NCBI GenBank assembly: GCA_963668355.1
Contig: OY764265.1
Coordinates: 2,624,001-2,688,000 of the forward strand
Direction: 5' to 3'
Length of the DNA: 64,000 nt
Source of the DNA: Bdellovibrionota bacterium
Lineage (GTDB): Bacteria; Bdellovibrionota_G; JALEGL01; DATDPG01
The notes below the pieces were generated by a model that searched no databases, was not told the DNA's origin, and saw only the letters and a program-made list of their open reading frames with translations. This document shows, piece by piece, positions 56,323-64,000 of this stretch; within the stretch, counting starts at the first letter, position 1; each line of letters starts with the position of its first letter. Made by a program: the position numbers and the translations under genes.

Positions 56323-56907
56323 TCACTTCTGAAATTCGCGTCCCACAAAAAATATTTCCCGGCTTTCTTTTCGTGACGCACTCGGTTTTTGAATTTTGGC
56401 CATCAAAAAATGATCTTTTAACTTCTTTAAAAACCCATGTGTTTCCCCACCTTGGTACATCTTGCAAACGAAATGTCCCCCTCCGGGCAACAACTGTATC
56501 GCCAATTCCAAAGCAAATTCACAAATGGCCACCGATTTCAAGTGATCTGTGTCCCGACTCCCCGTTGTTTGCGGGGCAGCATCACTCACAACCACATGGA
56601 ACGAAGACACGTACCCCTTCAAAATTTCGGGCGTTAGCGCAAACAAATCTTGCTGGAAAAACAGAACTTCCTTTGGAGGATCTTCCCTCAACGGCTCCAA
56701 ATCCACACCGACCACTTTCCCGGATTTTCCAACCCTTTGAGAGAGATATTTGAGCCAAGAGCCCGGAGCTGCCCCCAGGTCTAAAACATGATCGCCTTTC
56801 CGGATCAGGTGGTATTTCCGATCTAACTCTTCGAGCTTGAATACCGAACGAGCCGCAAACCCATCCTTTTTGGCTTTATGATAAAAATGATCCGGATTCT
56901 TCTTCAC
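56323..56907 (-). CDS. rlmE: 23S rRNA Um2552 methyltransferase
   Basis: RSVFKL, DLGAAPGSW, SDAAP, K and SRE (K-D-K-E tetrad); GTG start overlaps the upstream stop. Confidence 0.92.
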   Translation of the reverse strand: MKKNPDHFYHKAKKDGFAARSVFKLEELDRKYHLIRKGDHVLDLGAAPGSWLKYLSQRVGKSGKVVGVDLEPLREDPPKEVLFFQQDLFALTPEILKGYVSSFHVVVSDAAPQTTGSRDTDHLKSVAICEFALELAIQLLPGGGHFVCKMYQGGETHGFLKKLKDHFLMAKIQKPSASRKESREIFFVGREFQK

Positions 56908-59900
56908 CAATTGTATCCAATCCAAAAGTCGATTCCATCTTCCCCTGCAAAACCTTGATTCCAGCGAAAGGTCAGACCCAATACTGTGGGCACATTCACA
57001 AAGTATCCCACAGAATATTTTACATCATGTTTTTCGCCATTAAACCAAGCCGCACCTACATCCGTGTAAATTCCACCCCGAACATCAAAATAACGGGTGA
57101 GCCAACCCAAAAATTGGTCTAAAGGATCAAAAAACTTGGCTCCCACAAAATCAAAAAGGGGCAATCGAAGGTCCTCACTGAACACCCAGTAATTCTGTCC
57201 CTCCATCTCATCGAATCCGACTCCTCGGAAAGACAAATTCCCGCCAATGAGAAAAACATTCGCCAAATCTCCCTGGCTCGTTCCAGCGACAATCCGATGT
57301 GCAAGACCAAAGCGAGGAAGAAATCGGTTATATAAACGAAAGTCGAGATTGGCGTCGACATTGGCTAAGCGAGAATTTCCCGCATCGAACCCAGCCTCCG
57401 TTCTCAAAAATATGCGACTTCCGGTTGTGGGACCATGTCGATCCCAAACCGTCACATCATACGCATAAACCGCTCCCGTTTTTACGATATAAAAATTCCG
57501 ATCTTCAATTTCGGGGGTTACATAGTTCTGCGTTTCAGTTGTCTGTTTCCCATAAAACTGTGTCTCAAAATCCCCATACGTGCTCAATTCTCGATATCGA
57601 TCCAAAACAAATTGTTTTGTGAAGCGGGCTCCAACGTTATCAATATTCTCACGTGAATTATAAAACACTGAATACGTATTCCCCGTCGTCAAATTGGAAA
57701 ACCCCGCATTCGCAAATTTGGCATCTCCGAGAAACATGCTATTCACAAAAAACCCACGATCACTGAAAAGGTTGTCCGCAAACCCACTCAAAAAATATCT
57801 AAAATGGTCACCGTCATACGCGGCTGCCGCTGAAAGGGATTGAACCTTATATGTGCTGGGCTGAGGATATCGAAACATCGTGCGCGGAAATCCTTCTTTC
57901 TCAGGACTCCGTGAATTTAATTTTGGAGTTTCCGATGTTGGGAAAGCCTTGATCGTCCCTTTCCCCCCTTTTCTTGGCTCCAGTTGGATCAAATCATACC
58001 CTTTCAATGAGAGAGACGTTACCTGGCTCGATTTTTTTTGTTTCAGACCTTCCTTCCGGAGCACCCATCGATGTTCTTCATTTTTCTCCGACCAGACCAT
58101 TTCTTTCTCGTGAACGATTGGGTACACAGAGTGTTTGGGGGAATTCGTTAGCCAGTTTCGCTTTCCATTTAGAAGATTGATTTCCTGAATTTGAAAAAAG
58201 TCTTTGTTAAACTGGCTCAACAGAAGACGGTCTCCCTGGGGATCAAAGTCAAACCCGGCCGATTCCTCGGCCAAATTACGATTCACACCCTTGGCTTGAT
58301 CAAAAAGCCATACACCGCCTTCCTCATCAAAGAGCCATCCGAACTCCTCTAACTTTCGAACCTGTTTGACCGAATTCATGCGAGCGCGAATTCCATTTTT
58401 CCACTGAAAGGCTTCCTTCTTTGATTGATCTTTCTTTTCTTCTAGAAAGGTTAAATAGCCTCGTCGAAAAACCAGATAGGGAAAACGAAGACCCTCACCC
58501 GAAATATCCTTCATCTCCTGGGTTTCATAATTCCAAATGAAAAGTTTTTCGGGGACGCGCTTTCCTTTTTTGGGTTTCGCACGAATTGCCACCAGAGGGG
58601 ATTCGGAGTCAATTGCGGCTGAATGCAATTCCAACTTTTGGTCATGAGACACCCACAACTTTTGGGGCGTCCCTTCTCCTTTTTGAAATATCTGCGCAAC
58701 TCCTTTATCTTTTTTGGCCGCAAAAAACATGAGCTTTGAAGGAAGCAAATAACGAAACGCTGTGCGCCCCCCAGTCCCTTTTTCAACACCTTCAATCATA
58801 GAAGACTGGGTTTCATCCGTTGAGATCCACCAAAATTCTCCGCTACGCCTCCACGCAATCTGTTTTCGATTAGGTGAGATCCGAAAGGCCCGAACATCTC
58901 GATCTAACGTCTGATGCGTTTTGAAAATTCGATCATACCAGCTCAATTCAAAGGGTCCTCGGGGGCGGTCTCCTTTAGCAAAAAACACTTTACCGTCCGC
59001 CAAAAAGGAAACCCACTGCAAACGGTTCTCATCCAAGTCATCCAAGGGGCCCTTCTCCACCGCGTCCATGGTGTCCCCTTCAGTATCGAATAAAAACATT
59101 TGGAGATCATCCTCGTCCTCAAATTTTTCCGAACGATCCGCCAGACGATTGTTTACAAGAACCAGCACTTGTTTTCGATCATAGCTGGTCCAAGTTTCCA
59201 CCACAGACCTTCCTCCCAAATGGGGATCCATTCGCTTCATCAATTCTTTAGGGGCTCCTTTTCTTGCAATCGTCAAAGCCGAAAGGGATTGGACAGCTCC
59301 ATTTCTCAATCGAAAATAGTGAAAACGGTCATCCACCTGAGCGGAGTTCAACCCGTGTCCTCCCCTTTGCGTTTTAAACACAATTTCATCGGGAAAGTGT
59401 GCCGCTTCGAGCACGCGAAAGGGATCATCTTCGAAGAAAATGGAAGCTTTTCCATTCTCCACTTGAAATGAATTGGTCTCCTCAGACGAATTCATTTCCT
59501 TTGGTTCTTCCTTAACTTCGTTCTCGGAAAGCAAGAGACCGGCACCCTTCAAATCCACGCGAACAGCATTTCCCTCCGGAACCTGTGCCTGGAGTTTTTC
59601 TTTGGGAGATGGATACGTGGCCAACACAATGGAAGGGGCAAATTTTTCGAAATGATTAAACAGAAGAGATTCATCTCCAAACCACTGGGGATGAAGAGCC
59701 CCGACTTTCATCTTCGTTAGGCGTTGAGACTTTTGTTTTTCGAAGTCATATTCGCCCAAGTCGTACGTTCCAGAAGGATCAAAGACATACAATAATTTCT
59801 GACCATTCGGAGAAAAACGCGGAGAGGTTTCTCTCAATTGGTTGGTATGGGTGATTTGAGTTACTTTCCGCGTCCCCAAGTCCAACGTATAAAGATTCCG

Positions 59901-61475
59901 ATCATAGTGAGCGGTAAAGGGCATGGGTTCATCTTCTTGAGAAAAAACCAGGACTTTTCGCGTCGGGGAATAATCCAACCCCGAAATATGCTTTCCTTTG
60001 TTCGTCAGTTTTTCCCTTCCCTGCGTGGTCCAATCGAAACGATAAATATCGGTAAAACCATTCTCTTCCCCAATGAATGCGAGTTCGCTTCCGCCCAGAA
60101 AAACGGGTTCATTCACCGCATCTAGATCATCCCAGCTATACTCTTGAGGTTCTCCCAATTGAAAACAATCTTCCTCTTTATCGAACGAAAACGGCACAAC
60201 GCGAATCACATCTCGACGAGACCTTCGAATGGCGTAAACCAGCTCTTTAGCCCCGATCCAGGCTCCCTTTCGAAATGAGGCCAATGACTCATTTCGAAAC
60301 CGACGATCCGAAACGATTTCCTCTTTCGTGACTTTTCCATCCAATCCCAAGTGGTTTAAATACAACGCATTTCTAGGGCCGGATACGCCTCCAGAAATGA
60401 AAAACCGATCTCGGGCGTGAAGAACTCTTTGCTCTTCCGCAATGGTCTGCGAACGACTCGCCAGATCTTTCTTCCTTTTTAGAAAGCCATACTTTGTTTC
60501 CAAGGAGCCCTGAACCCATGCGTTCAGCTCTTCCAACGTAAGATTGAGGGACTTTTTCAAATTATCTTCAAAGGACATGTGGGTTCCATTCTCATGGAGT
60601 TTCCGAAACCCCTCCTCGCCGTAACGATCCCACATGAGGTTTACAATGTAGTTCCCGATTTTATACATCAGCCAAGTCCCTTGAATGACCCACAGATCAT
60701 CAATCGGGAAAAACAGATCATTCACATAGGCATCCCGTATCGAAATCTCAGCTTGCGCATCCCACTTGATGGAATTCGTCTCAGCCTCTCCTTCAATAAA
60801 CCAGAGGGGAAATCTTCGAGCCCCCTTGGCAATCTGGTACACGTGAACGGCCTCGTGTTTGGCGACATGCTCCAAAGTCTCCATTTCACCTTCGAAAGGA
60901 AAAACCATTCGCCGCCAGGAAAAGATTTCGGTCAAACCTCCCAATCCCTCTGGGACGGGACCATGAACGACATTGGATTGTTCGAAGTCTCGGCGACTTT
61001 GATAAAACAAAATTGGAATTTTTTTGGTGAAACGATTGTGCACCCCAAACACGCGATTGTTTCGTTCGTGATCGCTCTCGATGAATTCAACCACTTTGGG
61101 AAGCATCTCTTCGCCTTCAGGATACGTTAAGAAATTGAAATGTTGGCTTTCAAATCGGTGCCAATCGAATTCCTTAAATTGAGGCTTTTTGGGTCCCCAA
61201 TACGGTAGGGGCATGAACATGGTTCGTTTTTCTCTTCCAGTAATTGGAAAAATAAAGCGAATAAACTGTTCGAGTAAATCCCCGCCCTGCCCGTATACGT
61301 TTTGGTTTCGCAAGGCATCATCTAGGCGAAGTGCGTCCAAGGGAAGTCCTGAAAGACGGTCCCCCAAACTCAGCCGAGAAAGCAATACATCTTGGTTCGA
61401 TTGCGTGGCACCCGCGACACCCGCGGCTGAGCCAACAAGAAAAAGAACAAATATTCCCAGTTTCCACTTACGCAT
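56904..61475 (-). CDS. peptidase-MA + PD40/TolB beta-propeller + Omp85-like barrel outer-membrane protein
   Basis: Signal peptide; HEAVH..Q...PLWFIEG.AE; SP.FSPNG propeller repeats; GG..SFRG loop-6-like motif; C-terminal IGYNW. Confidence 0.78.
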   Translation of the reverse strand: MRKWKLGIFVLFLVGSAAGVAGATQSNQDVLLSRLSLGDRLSGLPLDALRLDDALRNQNVYGQGGDLLEQFIRFIFPITGREKRTMFMPLPYWGPKKPQFKEFDWHRFESQHFNFLTYPEGEEMLPKVVEFIESDHERNNRVFGVHNRFTKKIPILFYQSRRDFEQSNVVHGPVPEGLGGLTEIFSWRRMVFPFEGEMETLEHVAKHEAVHVYQIAKGARRFPLWFIEGEAETNSIKWDAQAEISIRDAYVNDLFFPIDDLWVIQGTWLMYKIGNYIVNLMWDRYGEEGFRKLHENGTHMSFEDNLKKSLNLTLEELNAWVQGSLETKYGFLKRKKDLASRSQTIAEEQRVLHARDRFFISGGVSGPRNALYLNHLGLDGKVTKEEIVSDRRFRNESLASFRKGAWIGAKELVYAIRRSRRDVIRVVPFSFDKEEDCFQLGEPQEYSWDDLDAVNEPVFLGGSELAFIGEENGFTDIYRFDWTTQGREKLTNKGKHISGLDYSPTRKVLVFSQEDEPMPFTAHYDRNLYTLDLGTRKVTQITHTNQLRETSPRFSPNGQKLLYVFDPSGTYDLGEYDFEKQKSQRLTKMKVGALHPQWFGDESLLFNHFEKFAPSIVLATYPSPKEKLQAQVPEGNAVRVDLKGAGLLLSENEVKEEPKEMNSSEETNSFQVENGKASIFFEDDPFRVLEAAHFPDEIVFKTQRGGHGLNSAQVDDRFHYFRLRNGAVQSLSALTIARKGAPKELMKRMDPHLGGRSVVETWTSYDRKQVLVLVNNRLADRSEKFEDEDDLQMFLFDTEGDTMDAVEKGPLDDLDENRLQWVSFLADGKVFFAKGDRPRGPFELSWYDRIFKTHQTLDRDVRAFRISPNRKQIAWRRSGEFWWISTDETQSSMIEGVEKGTGGRTAFRYLLPSKLMFFAAKKDKGVAQIFQKGEGTPQKLWVSHDQKLELHSAAIDSESPLVAIRAKPKKGKRVPEKLFIWNYETQEMKDISGEGLRFPYLVFRRGYLTFLEEKKDQSKKEAFQWKNGIRARMNSVKQVRKLEEFGWLFDEEGGVWLFDQAKGVNRNLAEESAGFDFDPQGDRLLLSQFNKDFFQIQEINLLNGKRNWLTNSPKHSVYPIVHEKEMVWSEKNEEHRWVLRKEGLKQKKSSQVTSLSLKGYDLIQLEPRKGGKGTIKAFPTSETPKLNSRSPEKEGFPRTMFRYPQPSTYKVQSLSAAAAYDGDHFRYFLSGFADNLFSDRGFFVNSMFLGDAKFANAGFSNLTTGNTYSVFYNSRENIDNVGARFTKQFVLDRYRELSTYGDFETQFYGKQTTETQNYVTPEIEDRNFYIVKTGAVYAYDVTVWDRHGPTTGSRIFLRTEAGFDAGNSRLANVDANLDFRLYNRFLPRFGLAHRIVAGTSQGDLANVFLIGGNLSFRGVGFDEMEGQNYWVFSEDLRLPLFDFVGAKFFDPLDQFLGWLTRYFDVRGGIYTDVGAAWFNGEKHDVKYSVGYFVNVPTVLGLTFRWNQGFAGEDGIDFWIGYNW

Positions 61476-61534
61476 GAAGAAGGGGCCATCTTATCGGAAG
61501 GATAAGATTCCAGCCACCTAAGCCGAAGAAGGCG

Positions 61535-61627
61535 TTAGGAGCCAATGCCAACGAGAATGGTGGCGAATCCAAGAAAGGTCACAAAAATCGCCCAAAGTTG
61601 GTTCCCCGTTAGGTAGGTCCGCGTCAT
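61535..61627 (-). CDS. possible 30-aa single-TM small protein
   Basis: MTRTYLTGNQLWAIFVTFLGFATILVGIGS, co-oriented with its neighbours; no clear RBS. Confidence 0.35.
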   Translation of the reverse strand: MTRTYLTGNQLWAIFVTFLGFATILVGIGS

Positions 61628-61684
61628 GTGCTGATGATGCCAGTTTCTCAAAAAGAAAAAAACTTAAAATGCCCTGAACCCACT

Positions 61685-62290
61685 CTATTTTTTATAGCGT
61701 TTCACCAAAGAATCGATATTCCAGTCCACTTTCAGCTGGACCGGTTGGCCGTAGTTCTCATAAGCCACGAAGCCCTTTTCAACCCCATGGTCAAAAAGTC
61801 TCTTGGTTACCTCCACGTCCTTCTTGCAGTACTCCCGAATCAAATCGAAACGCCCTTCTTTCACCCACCGAAGGGATTGAAGTCCATCAGCACTTTTGGC
61901 ATCTCCCAAGGTTGCGGCCACAAGAGAGTTTAGTTTTAGACGATGACCCAAAAGATTTTTGACCTCGACCAACATATCGAAGCTCGGAAGCTTGCTAAAG
62001 TTGGCTTCGGAATAACCCCTTAGAACTTCATAATCGAAACGAATGTGATTGAATCCGACAATTAAGTCAGCCTTTTGAAAGTGTGCGATCAGATCTTGGA
62101 CCTCTTTTTCCTCGTAGACATGGTATTGATCATCCGAACTATCGTATAGAACGCCACAGGCCATCCCCATATCTTTGATATTGGACCAGCCCCCGACTTC
62201 GTCAGCAGACCGAAGGGTCTCCAAATCGAAAACCAAAACGGTGGGAGTTGAATTTTTTGGGCCATCAAATAACGAAAATTGTTCACTCAT
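61685..62290 (-). CDS. RNase H-like/DEDD 3'-5' exonuclease domain protein (YprB/MrfB-like)
   Basis: VFDLET, GFN..RFD, L.SL..ATLG..K and YC..DV motifs. Confidence 0.82.
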   Translation of the reverse strand: MSEQFSLFDGPKNSTPTVLVFDLETLRSADEVGGWSNIKDMGMACGVLYDSSDDQYHVYEEKEVQDLIAHFQKADLIVGFNHIRFDYEVLRGYSEANFSKLPSFDMLVEVKNLLGHRLKLNSLVAATLGDAKSADGLQSLRWVKEGRFDLIREYCKKDVEVTKRLFDHGVEKGFVAYENYGQPVQLKVDWNIDSLVKRYKK

Positions 62291-62789
62291 GAGTTCTCTT
62301 TTGCATCCTTTCCATACCTTCGACCGCACGCTCGTTGAACGCATCCAAACGAACCCCTTGAAGAAACGCGGCCCTGGCCAATGTTAGTTTATTTTGCTTT
62401 TCGAGGCTCTCCCCTTGGCGAGCGAAAGACTCCGCCTTCCAAGAAACGTCATGACCAAACAGCTCCCCGGCTCGAAAAAAAAGTTCCGATGATTGTTGGA
62501 ACCGACCGGTTTGAAACCGCGCAAGTCCTAAATAAAAATAAGCAAAGGGATTCTGAGCATCCAACTCGATAGCTTGTGTAATGAAGTGGGCTGCCCGTTC
62601 GATTTTTCCTCGATCCAACTCATTCCGTCCCTTCAGAACCAGTCTCATGGAAGCCGCCCGTGTCGGGGAAGTTTCCTTGGCGGCCAATTTTTCCAATGGA
62701 ACGGCCTCCGGTCGAACATCGGCTCTTTTGACACACCCCCACCCCATTGCGAAAGCCAGAGAAAGAATGATCCAACCTTTTATCTGCAT
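62283..62789 (-). CDS. TPR lipoprotein (LpoP-like by context)
   Basis: Lipobox-like GWGC after a hydrophobic stretch; three TPRs; overlaps the PBP gene end. Confidence 0.75.
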   Translation of the reverse strand: MQIKGWIILSLAFAMGWGCVKRADVRPEAVPLEKLAAKETSPTRAASMRLVLKGRNELDRGKIERAAHFITQAIELDAQNPFAYFYLGLARFQTGRFQQSSELFFRAGELFGHDVSWKAESFARQGESLEKQNKLTLARAAFLQGVRLDAFNERAVEGMERMQKRTHE

Positions 62790-64000
62790 GCCTTGGGTTC
62801 CGTACCTGGAAGATAGGCCTCTCGCAAGCTTTTCTCTCCCCGCTCCAAACATCCTTTTTCCCAATTCGCCCAACGAAAACTTAAGCCGGAAGGAGTTTCA
62901 AAGGAAAGCCTGCGAGACCGCTTTTTCATTTCTTTCTCAAAACGAATCCATATTTGAAGGGCACCAGAGGCTCCCGTCAATCCGGTTTCTTGATTTTCAT
63001 CCAACCCCACCCAGACGGTCGTCACATTCTCAGGAGTCAGCCCCACAAACCAACTATCACGGTAATCATCTGTCGTTCCCGTTTTCCCCGCAATCCCGGA
63101 GCCTTTTAGCCCGTGCCACCCAATGCTTCGAGCAGTCCCACGAGAAACCACGCCTTCCAGAATGGACAATACTTGATAGGCCGTTTGCGGGGTGAGCGCC
63201 CGAGTCACTTCCAAAGCTTTTTGTTCGATGGGTCGACCGTTCTGATCAATCACCGCTGTAATGGCTAAGGGTTCCGTCCAAAGGCCTTGGTTGACAAAGG
63301 CGGTATATGCTCGCAAGACCTCCAAAGGAGACATTTCAATCGCTCCCAAGGCCAAGGAAGGCTGTTGATCCCCCAAGTTAATTCCGAAGTCCTTCAAACC
63401 GTTTAACATGGGGTGCATCCCCACTTTGGTCAGAAGATTTACAACCGCTACATTTAAGGATCTTTCAATGGCGCGTCGAACGGTCACCTTCCCCCCATAA
63501 ACATCATCATAATTGGACGGGGCCCACTCTTTTCCCGAAAACATGAACGTGGTTGGTTCATCGTGCAAAAGCGTTGAGGGGGTTGCTACTGGCCACCGAC
63601 CTTTTTCTGGAGGTCTTAAAGCAATCGCTGCTACGAAAGGTTTCATCAACGAGCCCACCTGCCGACGAGCCTGTATGGCTCGATTGAACTGACTTTCTTC
63701 GTAGGATCTTCCCCCAATCAAAGCCTTCACATTCCCCGTTCGGGGATGAACGGAAACCATGGCAACCTGTAAAGGGAACTCCTCTCCAAGTTGGCTCTTC
63801 ATCTGGAGTTCCCTCAAGCCTTCTTTAGAAGCTTGTTCGGCGTACTTCTGAGCGATGGGATCTAAGGTTGTATGAATTTCATACCCTTCTTTTTCAAGGG
63901 AAACCGAAGAAAAACGTTTGGCCAAATCTCGCCGAACGTAATCCAAAAAATAAGGAGCTTGTCGTCGATCAGTTCGCCTACCCCTTGGTTTCAAGGTTTC
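62780..64000 (-). CDS. class A penicillin-binding protein (PBP1B-like), 5' part outside the window
   Basis: APYF.D.V, TTLD..Q, FNRA..RQ.GSLMKP (SxxK), SLN and KTGTT motifs. Confidence 0.9.
   Translation of the reverse strand, partial: ETLKPRGRRTDRRQAPYFLDYVRRDLAKRFSSVSLEKEGYEIHTTLDPIAQKYAEQASKEGLRELQMKSQLGEEFPLQVAMVSVHPRTGNVKALIGGRSYEESQFNRAIQARRQVGSLMKPFVAAIALRPPEKGRWPVATPSTLLHDEPTTFMFSGKEWAPSNYDDVYGGKVTVRRAIERSLNVAVVNLLTKVGMHPMLNGLKDFGINLGDQQPSLALGAIEMSPLEVLRAYTAFVNQGLWTEPLAITAVIDQNGRPIEQKALEVTRALTPQTAYQVLSILEGVVSRGTARSIGWHGLKGSGIAGKTGTTDDYRDSWFVGLTPENVTTVWVGLDENQETGLTGASGALQIWIRFEKEMKKRSRRLSFETPSGLSFRWANWEKGCLERGEKSLREAYLPGTEPKACR

Overview
Gene-dense 64-kb chromosomal segment of a Gram-negative bacterium. 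The AgmX/PglI-type, DUF4388-J-TPR, FHA and Ser/Thr-kinase genes suggest a Bdellovibrionota- or Myxococcota-like deltaproteobacterium; this is an inference. Most of the window is core metabolism and envelope: ino1, nadB-nadC, an acyl-CoA dehydrogenase, a lipA-E2-E3-E1a-E1b 2-oxoacid dehydrogenase operon, ltaE, fumC, metH, glpD, gap, kbl, a RluD-like pseudouridine synthase, rlmE and PBPs. I found no rRNA, tRNA, CRISPR array, integrase or transposase. Main observations: (1) a GAPDH paralog that has lost the catalytic Cys and substrate-phosphate residues but keeps its NAD-binding and S-loop motifs, translationally coupled to a canonical gap, a candidate pseudoenzyme subunit; (2) two orphan secreted-protein genes with a sigma54-like promoter, bracketed by direct copies of a structured palindromic element; (3) a thiolase-fold protein lacking the nucleophilic Cys, paired with a DUF35 protein; (4) a kinase, FHA, cNMP-FHA and GGDEF signalling cluster; (5) a 1523-aa metallopeptidase, propeller and Omp85-like fusion; (6) an internally duplicated giant CPBP protease; (7) a one-base frameshift in a Zn-dehydrogenase. 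All calls come from motif recognition by eye; no database searches were run.
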